DNA of 64,000 nt from an uncultured delta proteobacterium (GTDB taxonomy: Bacteria > Desulfobacterota > BSN033 > UBA1163). The stretch covers positions 64,001 to 128,000 of the forward strand of contig CAWHBU010000004.1 in the NCBI GenBank assembly GCA_963827685.1, given 5' to 3'. A program made the translations under genes and the position numbers. Within the stretch, counting starts at the first letter, position 1. Each line of letters opens with the position of its first letter. Under the pieces are notes generated by a model. It made no database searches. It had not been told where the DNA came from and was given only the letters and a program-made list of their open reading frames with translations. Of the stretch, positions 31,624 through 40,266 are shown in pieces.

Positions 31624-33633
31624 ATGAAAGCGAAAATTATAATATTTGCACTGACTATAGGCCTCGTACCATTTTCCAGTGCCTTTTCTCAGAATAAGAC
31701 AATAGAGGGCGAGGTTTCCTTAGAAGGAATATTTGTGGATGTGGACGCGAAAGAAGGCGGTAAAGCAAAGTTCACCGAATACAGAGACCTTAGGGAAGAT
31801 GGCGGCTTTTATGGAAGGGCAAGGCTGAATCTTGATACCGATAATTATTTCCTGAACTTCAACGCGGGCGATTTGGCCTACGACACCCAATATTATAAGA
31901 TAGAGGGTGGCATGTGGGGGAAATTCAAGTTTGATCTTTTTTATGACGAAATACCCCATAATATTACCTTTGATGCCAGAACCCCTTTTATCGGGGCAGG
32001 GCACGATCTCTTAGTCGGTGCTCCCAATCCGAATTTCCCTGCATGGAACACATTTGACTATTCCATCCTAAGGCATCAATACGGAACCGGCTTCAAAGTC
32101 GACGCGATTCGCCCGTTCTTTCTCGATGTCTCATTTCAAAGGGAAAACAGGGATGGAATCAAGCCTGTAGGCGCGGCAGAAACAACTCCAGGAGGCAGAG
32201 CCTTTGAGCTTCCAGAACCTGTTGACTACGTAACAAACAATCTGAAAGTTTCAGCAGGATATGCTCAAAAACCTCTGTTCTTGTCGTTGAATTATATCCA
32301 CAGCGATTTTAACAACAGCAACGCTTCCCTGACTCTACCCTCCAACTTCAGCGCCCCCAATGCTTTCTCCCTTCCTCCTGATAATACCTATGATAAGGGA
32401 GCTTTTAAGGGTGCGGTCAATCTCCCCTTCAATAGCAGATTTAGTACGAACATGGGATTTTCAAGGGGGACATCGGACACATCCATTGTCTCTCTTATTT
32501 CTTCAGGTTATACGGGAAAAGTCGATAATGTAAATTATGACTTTGCACTCACTTCAAATCCTATGCGTTTTCTCGACGCAAAAGTGTACTATAAGTATTA
32601 CAAGAGGTTTAACAAATCTGATGATCCTACCGGCGTTGTGAATATCTTCTTAAATTACAACGTTGCTACTTACGGAGGAGAACTTGGTTTGAGGCTCCCC
32701 GAACATTTTTACCTCTCCGGCGGCTATAAATATGTCAAGACAGAGAGAAATAGGGAGGGAGTAACGGACCCGGCAGAGATTCTACCCTTCAACATGGACA
32801 ACATCTTTTTTGCGAATTTAAAATGGAGCGGGGTCGATTTTCTGGAGGCAAGGGTAGGATATGAGAAATTAGATAGAGACGCCCGATACCGAACCGTTGA
32901 AAGCGCTGTTAACCCAGCCCGAATATTTGCTTATGCAGCACAGAATAGAGATACTGTTAAGGCCATTCTCGATATCTTCCCTTTGGAAAATCTGAATTTG
33001 GGCCTTGAGTACAGGTATGCAAACACAGATTATTCGGACACGATATTTGGATTGACAGGCAACAAAAGGAATGAGTTCGAGGCCAGTGCCGATTATAGCA
33101 TAGGGAAAATTGCTAAAGTATATGCCTATGGCGATGTGGGACGGACTAAATTCAACCAATTACAATTTGAGGGCACGACTCTTCTCCCTTGGCAAGCGGA
33201 TCAATGGGATAAGACCTGGGGGTACGGCTTAGGGGCTGAAGTCTATGTTATCCCTAAGAAACTGACATTGATATTTCAACATGATTATCTGAAATCGAAT
33301 GGGTCCGTTGACTTCGCTCTTAATAATGGATTGTTTATTGCCGCGACTGGACTTGGTCCCGGAGCCGGGGCGAACAATGATAATATTGATATCGGCAGAT
33401 GGGACGATTACACACTCTATTCCCTTAGCATTAAAGGAGTTTACAATTTCACAAAATCCCTTGCAGCCATGATAGGCTATGCTTATCAGAGATTTTGGTA
33501 CAGTGATGCCCAGTTAAACAACTATATCTTTGCCCCCACAGGTGGTACGAACGCTGCCTTTCTCACCGGGGCTTACAAGGACCAGACATACAAGGCGAAC
33601 TTGGTTTTTGGAGGTATGACCTACAAGTTTTAG
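31624..33633 (+). CDS. mtrB: MtrB/PioB-family outer membrane beta-barrel
   Basis: AKFTEYRD, ELPEPVDY, LPPDN, C-terminal YKF; follows the decaheme cytochrome. Confidence 0.88.
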   Translation: MKAKIIIFALTIGLVPFSSAFSQNKTIEGEVSLEGIFVDVDAKEGGKAKFTEYRDLREDGGFYGRARLNLDTDNYFLNFNAGDLAYDTQYYKIEGGMWGKFKFDLFYDEIPHNITFDARTPFIGAGHDLLVGAPNPNFPAWNTFDYSILRHQYGTGFKVDAIRPFFLDVSFQRENRDGIKPVGAAETTPGGRAFELPEPVDYVTNNLKVSAGYAQKPLFLSLNYIHSDFNNSNASLTLPSNFSAPNAFSLPPDNTYDKGAFKGAVNLPFNSRFSTNMGFSRGTSDTSIVSLISSGYTGKVDNVNYDFALTSNPMRFLDAKVYYKYYKRFNKSDDPTGVVNIFLNYNVATYGGELGLRLPEHFYLSGGYKYVKTERNREGVTDPAEILPFNMDNIFFANLKWSGVDFLEARVGYEKLDRDARYRTVESAVNPARIFAYAAQNRDTVKAILDIFPLENLNLGLEYRYANTDYSDTIFGLTGNKRNEFEASADYSIGKIAKVYAYGDVGRTKFNQLQFEGTTLLPWQADQWDKTWGYGLGAEVYVIPKKLTLIFQHDYLKSNGSVDFALNNGLFIAATGLGPGAGANNDNIDIGRWDDYTLYSLSIKGVYNFTKSLAAMIGYAYQRFWYSDAQLNNYIFAPTGGTNAAFLTGAYKDQTYKANLVFGGMTYKF

Positions 33634-33810
33634 CTAAATTTCTCTTTTCTTTTTCGGGTCTCTTCTTGATGCGCCTTAAACAATACGGGGTCGGTCACGA
33701 CCCCATACTGTTCTTTTGCTTTCTCAACGGAGACAAAACCATTCCTCACATCCTTCAGGACTTTCTCCATGGGCCTCTTTAAGGGGTCTCCGTATTTCCC
33801 TTCCGCACCT
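33630..33810 (-). pseudogene. Hydantoinase B/oxoprolinase C-terminal remnant
   Basis: G.YGDPLKRP.EKVLKDVRNGFVSVEKAKEQYGVV. Confidence 0.65.
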
Positions 33811-33902
33811 GCAATCTCATGGAGACTATAGTTTAAAAACATTGTTTAAGTCGTTCATTTATGCTAACATCTCAAACTAAATTCCAAGGAGGTGTGCCTT
33901 TT

Positions 33903-34139
33903 ATGGATATTCGGGAGATTTTGAAAAAAATTGAAAACACCGAGACCTCTAAAGTGAACAAAGTAGCGGTGGCTTACTCCGGAGGTTTGGATTCTTCTCT
34001 CGCCATTGAATTGCTCAGAAGAAAATATAATGCCAAGAAGATCCTTCCCATCACGATTGATGTTGGGCAGGGAGAAGAAGAAGTTCTCGAGAGCAAGAGG
34101 AAAGCCAAGGCTCTCAAAATCAAACCTCTCTTCTTCTGA
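33903..34139 (+). pseudogene. argG: Truncated argininosuccinate synthase (N-terminus only)
   Basis: VAVAYSGGLDSS...TIDVGQ; ends 8 bp before the inverted repeat of the RAYT element. Confidence 0.8.
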
Positions 34140-34147
34140 TTCGAAAA

Positions 34148-35090
34148 GGGGTCAGGTCTTTTATTTTGGTATTATGGTATTGTACTTATCTCTTTCCCTT
34201 TAAAAGGTTGCTTATCGTCGAATAATGCATGCCCAAATAGCGGGCAATTTCAACCTGCAGATAGCCATACTTAACGAGAGCCTCGGCAATCTTCTTATCA
34301 CGCTTCGATTTGTCCATTATTATACCCTCTTGGAAGATTTGATCAAGGGACGGTCTGTTCACATAGCGTTGGCTTTTCGGAATCTCGGGCACGTCTTTAT
34401 GCTTTTTTAGGTGATCAATGAGACTGTCCACAAATTCATCATCACCCAGTATCGTCTGCCCCTTAACCTCTGCCCAGAGTGATGTTTTCTCCATTCCCCC
34501 TTGAACAAACTGCCGGTATTCCTTCTCCGCTTTGGCTCTCTTGCCGCTCAATTGGCCCAGTATCCAATCGGCTGTCAGGCTGGGATGAGGTTTTCCCCTC
34601 CCTACCGTACCACGATAGCTAGACCACTGCCAGTCTTCCGGCCGCTCGACCATCCCGGCACGGACAGGGTTTAAGACGACATATCGACAGACTTCAAGCA
34701 AATGAGCTTCCTTCTGGATAAGGATGGCCTTGTATCTCCCCTGGAAGAGGTGACCGATCCTTCGGTGTCGCTTGTTAAAAAGTTGGGTGTAGACGCCGTT
34801 TAACTGTCGCATACCTATAGAGAGATTGCCGTCGGGGGTCTCGATGAGGAGGTGATAGTGGTTGCCCATGAGGCAGTAGGCATGGCAGAACCAGTTATAT
34901 CGGTGATTGACATGCTGCAGGGTGTTCAGGAAATTCTTGCAGTCTTGGTCGTCTTTATAAACAGCTTTCTTTTCATTTCCCCGGCTGGTGATATGATAGA
35001 CCGCTCCAGGATATTCTATGCGCAGAGGGCGAGTCATAGAGAAACCATATCATAGCTTTGTGAATATATCAAGATAAAAGACCTGACCCC
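34148..35090 (-). mobile_element. RAYT-like tyrosine transposase element bounded by 17-bp inverted repeats
   Basis: GGGGTCAGGTCTTTTAT (34148-34164) / ATAAAAGACCTGACCCC (35074-35090). Confidence 0.85.
34186..35037 (-). CDS. REP-associated (Y1/HUH) tyrosine transposase with C-terminal HTH
   Basis: MTRPLRIEYPGAVYHITSRGN, YCLMGNHYHLL, GHLFQGRY, YVVLNPVRAG, WSSY. Confidence 0.92.
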   Translation of the reverse strand: MTRPLRIEYPGAVYHITSRGNEKKAVYKDDQDCKNFLNTLQHVNHRYNWFCHAYCLMGNHYHLLIETPDGNLSIGMRQLNGVYTQLFNKRHRRIGHLFQGRYKAILIQKEAHLLEVCRYVVLNPVRAGMVERPEDWQWSSYRGTVGRGKPHPSLTADWILGQLSGKRAKAEKEYRQFVQGGMEKTSLWAEVKGQTILGDDEFVDSLIDHLKKHKDVPEIPKSQRYVNRPSLDQIFQEGIIMDKSKRDKKIAEALVKYGYLQVEIARYLGMHYSTISNLLKGKR

Positions 35091-35117
35091 CTTGAGCTGC
35101 TCTTTTTCTACAGCCTC

Positions 35118-35186
35118 AACGCCCGGGATAACCGGCTGGTAAAGGCCTGCGGCTTTTACCAGTCCGAGTTCATCCCATTGTTAGCT
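35118..35186 (-). mobile_element. Integron attC site (distal), R' cut by an IS end
   Basis: Minus strand AGCTAAC-AATGGGATGAAC-CGGACTGGTAAAAG..CTTTACCAGCCG-GTTATCCC-GGGC-GTT|GAGGCTGTAGAAAAAG. Confidence 0.75.
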
Positions 35187-35470
35187 GTCGGGCTTTTTTC
35201 TCTATCTTCTACAACACCTACTATCCATCGTAGTAGCGAATCATAGGTTCTTACCTCGACCTTGTGTCCCATAAAACGATTCCAGGCGGATTTAAATTTT
35301 TCACGTCTGGAATCATTAGAGAACTCTATCTCTCGTCCAATGAGAATAAATCCTTTGGGTTCCCTAAAATCTTTCAATTTTAGTGTATCACGCAAATATG
35401 CTTGGGCAGATGCACAGTAATCTATATATTCAATGGTTTGGCATATAGCCTTATTCGCGACAGATCCGAA
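35156..35470 (-). pseudogene. Shedu (DUF4263)-like nuclease, C-terminal fragment
   Basis: AICQTIEY...KGFILIGR...VRTYDSLL resemble the DUF4263 QxxxY/IGR/TYD motifs; N-terminus missing. Confidence 0.6.
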
Positions 35471-35590
35471 GTATAAAATATTAGGGAATTGTTTACTTGA
35501 CAAACCAAGCCATCCTGCATGATAAGATCATTGTGTCTAACCCAACTTTTTGATATATTCTCTAACACCAAAAGCCATACAATCAGGAGG

Positions 35591-35917
35591 ATGAAAATGA
35601 CTACATTCACTATCAGAACATTTGACCGTGAATTGGCGCAAGAAATACTAAAACTGAAAATAAACGATGGAATCATTAGACCAGGTGTAGAGAAAGCCGA
35701 AGGCTCCCCATACATCATAATAATACAATATATCGGACTCGCGGCCTCTTTAATCACTTTCGCCACCTTCCTTTTTAATTTGATAAAATCGAAACAGAAG
35801 GGCTCCCAAGAAAAGACCAAAACAATAATTTGTACCCAAAAAAATACGGTGGATCTCAGAGAACTCACTGCAAGTTACGAGGAATCGATCTACATAGAGA
35901 TCCAAGAAAAAGATTGA
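35591..35917 (+). CDS. Hypothetical single-TM protein
   Basis: AGGAGG RBS (start ATG 35591 or 35597); one hydrophobic segment. Confidence 0.55.
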   Translation: MKMTTFTIRTFDRELAQEILKLKINDGIIRPGVEKAEGSPYIIIIQYIGLAASLITFATFLFNLIKSKQKGSQEKTKTIICTQKNTVDLRELTASYEESIYIEIQEKD

Positions 35918-35976
35918 AATAGACATTACTGTAGTAGTAATAATCAACCATTCATCAAAATCAGAAAGATAATATT

Positions 35977-36591
35977 TCATTCTTGTTCCTTTACTGCTCT
36001 GATCTCCGCGAGTACGCTACCATCGAATATGAAGCGAATCGCGTCCCATTCCTTGAAATCCGGATACTGATACCCGTAATACGCATACTCCCCACCCGAC
36101 TCGTCACGAAATTTAGGGTTCGGGTACTTCTTAATAATTTCCTGTCTCGTGGTCTTATTTGGTTTTATCCATAAGAATGATTCCAAAATAACCCACTTAC
36201 GCTTAGCCCTTGATCTGGCAATCGCCTCTTGTTCAGCACGAGCTTTGTCACGATTTTCAGCCCTCTCCAATGCCTGCCGAAATGTCCACAAAGTGTCCGG
36301 CGATTCAGGAAAACGAATCTGTGCGGTATATTCCTCTGCCCACTCAGGATACCAAACCCAAACTTTAACATCCGGTTTCAATAGGATACAACGACCCTGT
36401 TCTATCATTTTATTCACTGCTACGGAATCTCTTTGTGAAAAACACGTCGCCATTTCCTCAAAGTCTAATAAGAGAGCACAAGCGGGATACCCCGCTTTCG
36501 TATAGGCCAAGAAAGCAGCATTCGCCGATTGGACGGTTAACAAGGCTATCAATATGATTCCTAATATTACGATAAGTTTCTTCTGCCCCAT
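35977..36591 (-). CDS. Hypothetical secreted protein
   Basis: GGAGG RBS, signal peptide ending ANA, 204 aa. Confidence 0.65.
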   Translation of the reverse strand: MGQKKLIVILGIILIALLTVQSANAAFLAYTKAGYPACALLLDFEEMATCFSQRDSVAVNKMIEQGRCILLKPDVKVWVWYPEWAEEYTAQIRFPESPDTLWTFRQALERAENRDKARAEQEAIARSRAKRKWVILESFLWIKPNKTTRQEIIKKYPNPKFRDESGGEYAYYGYQYPDFKEWDAIRFIFDGSVLAEIRAVKEQE

Positions 36592-36600
36592 ATAAACCTC

Positions 36601-36735
36601 CTATCCTTTAGTCTTTTTCCTTATCCTCTTTGCCCTATCCGGTTTGATCTGTATAAAGGCGGCAAGCGCCTCCCCCGGCTTTAAAGGGTAGAGCGAAACG
36701 GGCCTGGCGTATTTTCTCTTAGGTTTTACCTTCAT
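36601..36735 (-). CDS. Small basic hypothetical protein (44 aa), not in the ORF track
   Basis: MKVKPKRKYARPVSLYPLKPGEALAAFIQIKPDRAKRIRKKTKG*; fills the gap between co-oriented genes. Confidence 0.55.
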   Translation of the reverse strand: MKVKPKRKYARPVSLYPLKPGEALAAFIQIKPDRAKRIRKKTKG

Positions 36736-36748
36736 TTCTTGAAGTCCT

Positions 36749-37106
36749 TTATGACAATCCTAATTGTTGTTTCGCTAAATCAAACAATACCTGTTTTAAT
36801 AAATCGAATACGAATACATTCGATCCCAATTTACTGAAAATAATTTCCTTTGCTTTTTCCCATCGACTTTTATCTCTTGCAGCATCTAAGAAATCATGAC
36901 CATTCCAAGTTAGTCCAGATATAGTCAAAATAATCCCTCTAAAGTGTTTTACATCAATAAAACCGGCTTCATATAGTAATTTTAAATGGTAGTGTATCTG
37001 CTCAATGGAATGGTTAGCCGAAAGGGTCTTTACATCTATTTCTGTTGGTTTATCTGATTCTTCAATCTTTAACAGGATGGTACGAACTAAGTCTAGGCCG
37101 GATAAA
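36749..37106 (-). pseudogene. DUF2513 (YjcQ-like) protein, start replaced by a MITE
   Basis: LDLVRTILLKIEE...YHLKLLYEAGFI...LTWNGHDFLDAARD..W. Confidence 0.75.
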
Positions 37107-37234
37107 GGGTCAGGTCTTGCAATCATACATTTCCATACACGCTCCACCCTTTCTATTGCCCGACTCATAGTAGCATAGTGGAAACCCAGATGTCCGGTAA
37201 TGTCCTTCAATGTGCTATTGCAAGACCTGACCCC
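37107..37234. mobile_element. Miniature RAYT-derived element (MITE-like)
   Basis: Perfect 17-bp IR GGGTCAGGTCTTGCAAT/ATTGCAAGACCTGACCC; interior HLGFHYATMSR resembles the RAYT C-terminus YLGMHYSTIS. Confidence 0.8.
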
Positions 37235-37264
37235 AACAACTTACCAACAACTTAGTTCCTTATC

Positions 37265-37322
37265 ACCGGACGGCAAGGCTCAGCGGACGCCATTGGCGGT
37301 CCGCTGGAGCCGTTTGTTCGAT
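37265..37322 (-). mobile_element. Integron attC site (R' degenerate, GTC)
   Basis: Minus strand ATCGAAC-AAACGGCTCCAGCGGACCGCCA-A-TGGCGTCCGCTGAGCC-TTGCC-GTCCGGT, just after the stop of 37332. Confidence 0.75.
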
Positions 37323-37331
37323 GCTCAGGAG

Positions 37332-37832
37332 TCATCCTCCGCTCAGTGCTTCTGCTGAAGCACGACAAAGATCGTCAAGAATGACGCGCGCCGCTCCAAG
37401 TATTTCTGCGTCCCGAGGGCCCTCACGAGTCTTGAATCCATGTGCCCTCTTGTTTCGAATCCTTTTTAGGATTTCCCCTAGGGCGAGGATTGACTTTCTT
37501 GGATTTGTTTCTCGACACGCATTTATGGTTCGGACTGCTGAAGCTGCTGCTTCAGGATCAAGGCGTTCCTGTGGGTCGCTGAGGACGGTTTCAAGTGGCG
37601 GGTCCAAGTCCAGGAGCTGCTGAACAGGCGGACGTAGGAGGAGAGCTTTGATCTTAACCTCAGGAATTGCCTGGATCAGGTTCGTCATCCGCTTGTACTC
37701 GCTTGAGCCCGGCATGATGTTTGCCATCTTAAGAAGGGTGACCCAGAGCACATCGACCGCTTCGTAATCGGATAGGTGCACGGCGGCTTTGATGTCTGTT
37801 AATGCGCTGGTGATTCGCGCTTTCATGTCCAT
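37332..37832 (-). CDS. Cassette-borne HEPN-like protein
   Basis: RIRNKRAHG (R-x4-H HEPN motif) near the C-terminus; followed by attC. Confidence 0.6.
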   Translation of the reverse strand: MDMKARITSALTDIKAAVHLSDYEAVDVLWVTLLKMANIMPGSSEYKRMTNLIQAIPEVKIKALLLRPPVQQLLDLDPPLETVLSDPQERLDPEAAASAVRTINACRETNPRKSILALGEILKRIRNKRAHGFKTREGPRDAEILGAARVILDDLCRASAEALSGG

Positions 37833-37846
37833 TTCCAGCATCGCAC

Positions 37847-38251
37847 GAGCCTGCAGAAAAAGTCACTTTTTTAAAAAGTGCTTCTTCTGCTGGATCAAAA
37901 ATAGGAAATGATCATTTTCTCTCATCGAGACTTCTGTGATTCGTGACACAATTTCTTATTTTGATGATCTTTAATAGGATGACGGGACCGTAGGCCGGCG
38001 ATCGCATCTCATCGTTTCGGTACCGGGTATCAAAAATGGACAGGTCTATCTCGTTGTCAATGAGGTAATCAAGGCTATATTCAAACGCCCCGGGCAGTAT
38101 CTGTTTATCAAAGTGTATCGGGATGAACTTCCCCTGGGAATAATCATATTCTTTATATCTCGCCATCCAGCCCTCCTAAGCGGTCCCCGCTCTCTTTTCT
38201 GTTACTGATATGGCGATATTATCATGCTTCCAGGACTTTTTCTACAGCCTC
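37847..38251 (-). mobile_element. Internally deleted IS1182-like element inserted in attC
   Basis: IRs GAGCCTGCAGAAAAAGTC / GACTTTTTCTACAGCCTC; transposase N-terminal stub 37912-38166 (MARYKEYDYSQ...RYRNDE..PAY.P..LLKII). Confidence 0.75.
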
Positions 38252-38311
38252 AACATCACGGCTCACCGGGAGCCGGATTTATCGGCGATCCGGTGCACCT
38301 ACTGGTTCGCA
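38252..38311 (-). mobile_element. Integron attC site, R' interrupted by the IS
   Basis: Minus strand TGCGAAC-CAGTAGGTGCACCGGATCGCCG..CGGCTCCCGGTGAGCCGTGAT-GTT|IS. Confidence 0.78.
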
Positions 38312-38323
38312 GATTCGTGTACC

Positions 38324-39025
38324 TCATTTGGTGCTACCTGGCTGATTCTTCTGAAGTGTCTTCTCTTGGGCTACCTGGATTATTTTTTGCATTTTTACAT
38401 CCTTCTCGTGCCGTTCTATGTACCATTCCTCAAAAAGTGTCTCGATTAGCCAAATGAGCAAGGCAGCCTCTTCCGGATCCACGTCGATGATTAGATTAAC
38501 GTCCTTCTCCATGTGGGCACCAATGTTCCCGACGTGTCGCACAGCATCGGTGGCTTGCCAAGTCTTGGCATCTACCTTTCCTTCTAGTTCTGCGATTTCG
38601 TCAATGAGCTTGGCCTTCTTAATGCCCCAGAAATCCCGGATTATGCCTTGCAGGCATCGTCGACACAATGTTGCAGATGCCTTGGCACTCTTGTGCTTGA
38701 TGAGGCATGCTTCCTGATAGTCATCCCGTAACTGCTGCGGAATGTAGTCAGGAAATGGCTTTGCGTTGGATTCTGGGACAAGAAACCATTCATGGAGCTG
38801 TTTACCAGTCGCTTGTTTCTTTGGGTCCCATACCCAAATCCGTGATGCAATGCTGATCTTCCGACACTCGGGATTGGGGCAAATCTTGAACTGGATATTC
38901 CCGTAGACTGAGCCGTGATCTTCTGACAGGTACACATTGTCTGTCAGAAACCTAATATCCGAGTCCTGAAGGGTGCACGCCCGATTGCAGTAGGGACATG
39001 TCCACAAGATGCCTTTATTCGTCAT
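38324..39025 (-). CDS. DUF4145 domain protein (cassette gene; true start ATG 39025)
   Basis: CPYC..CPNPEC, DYQEAC...ASATLCRRCLQ, VRHVGNIGAH; GAGGAG RBS. The ORF-track extension runs through attC. Confidence 0.85.
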   Translation of the reverse strand: MTNKGILWTCPYCNRACTLQDSDIRFLTDNVYLSEDHGSVYGNIQFKICPNPECRKISIASRIWVWDPKKQATGKQLHEWFLVPESNAKPFPDYIPQQLRDDYQEACLIKHKSAKASATLCRRCLQGIIRDFWGIKKAKLIDEIAELEGKVDAKTWQATDAVRHVGNIGAHMEKDVNLIIDVDPEEAALLIWLIETLFEEWYIERHEKDVKMQKIIQVAQEKTLQKNQPGSTK

Positions 39026-39037
39026 TGTTCTCTCCTC

Positions 39038-39107
39038 TGCGAACGCCTCCGAATGAGCCGCGCGCGTGTGGATGTCATCGTGCGCCGGCTCTATTCGGTT
39101 GTTAGCC
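39038..39107 (-). mobile_element. Integron attC site (intact)
   Basis: Minus strand GGCTAAC-AACCGAATAGAGCCG...CGGCTCATTCGGAGGC-GTTCGCA. Confidence 0.82.
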
Positions 39108-39119
39108 GTTGTCAACTCA

Positions 39120-39911
39120 TCATACGGATGTCCACGGCAGCTTGCTCATCGCGAGAAAGGACACGACATCGTTCGCCGGAATTGCGTCGCCAATGACAAC
39201 CTGCGTCATCGATCGGAAGTATTTGAGGACATCCGCAACCAATTGAGATTCGACAAATGTCTTGGTGTTCCCTTGTCCGTCAGTCGCAGTGAACACGATA
39301 CCGGACTGGTTGCCCGCAAGAGCGTCTATGGCGCTCTGAAGAAATGGGGTGATCGGAGCGTGTTTTGTTACTACAACACCGCGGACCGACGATTCGCCCC
39401 AACAAAACACAGGACCGCCTGAGTTGCCGGGATTGAGCGCAGCATTGAGGACCACACGCTGCTGAGCGGCACCACCGGCTTTCAGCACACGTGCCTCGAA
39501 ACCTGCCACGTAGCCGACAATCATCAGAGGGGCCGGGCCGTTGTACGCGAGCGGAAATCCGAGAGCGTAGACCTGAGTACCAACGGACACAGGGGTGGGA
39601 TCGATTTTGAGGGGAGTTGCGGAAACTGACGACTGCAACTCCAGAGCTGCCAAATCCAGCACACCATCCACTGCCACGATCTTGGCCACTGAATGGGTTG
39701 AGCCGTCAGGGAACTGCACGACAATCGCATTCGGAGCGCCGTTGCGTATAACATGCTCGTTCGTCACCAGCATCCGATTGGCAACTAGCCAGCCTGAACC
39801 TTTACTGCCCGTCGATTGCACAATGACCATCGCCACACAGTCGATAGGCTGCTGCGTGTAAGCGGGCGCTGAACCGTGCATCCACTGAGTCGCTATCGGA
39901 ACGTTGGTCAT
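39120..39911 (-). CDS. Stand-alone trypsin-like serine protease (cassette gene)
   Basis: VTNEHV, DLAAL, NPGNSGGP; no signal peptide or PDZ; cassette starts at GTTGGCC (39949-39943). Confidence 0.85.
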   Translation of the reverse strand: MTNVPIATQWMHGSAPAYTQQPIDCVAMVIVQSTGSKGSGWLVANRMLVTNEHVIRNGAPNAIVVQFPDGSTHSVAKIVAVDGVLDLAALELQSSVSATPLKIDPTPVSVGTQVYALGFPLAYNGPAPLMIVGYVAGFEARVLKAGGAAQQRVVLNAALNPGNSGGPVFCWGESSVRGVVVTKHAPITPFLQSAIDALAGNQSGIVFTATDGQGNTKTFVESQLVADVLKYFRSMTQVVIGDAIPANDVVSFLAMSKLPWTSV

Positions 39912-40266
39912 ATCGCCATCCTCGACTGCTCTTCGCCCCTCCGGCCAACAATTAATAGACGAAGTTCCGATTTGTTTCCAATCGGTCCTCCTAAGTCCAC
40001 CTTATTACCACTTTTTACGCATGGTGTCTATAAATTTATTAATTCTATTTCACAAATTGCTCTTGGAGGATTTGTTCTTATCCAACGTCCACTATAACTT
40101 GATCTTGTCTTGCGAGTATCCGTTTGAAAATGATATATATGAGTACGCGCCGTACAATGAACTATGGACGATGAACAATGAACAAAAAAAATAAGATACG
40201 GTTCATCGTTTATCGTTCATCGTTAACTTTGCCGTAAGACGGATTTATTTTCTAACTAATGGGAAC

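Noticed and set aside
39026-39115. N-terminal extension of DUF4145 in the ORF track
   Set aside because: It translates the attC site; the RBS supports ATG 39025.
39943-40015. Fifth degenerate attC or attI upstream of the protease cassette
   Set aside because: GTTGGCC and a weak hairpin are present, but R'' lacks AAC; I cannot call it without a covariance model.
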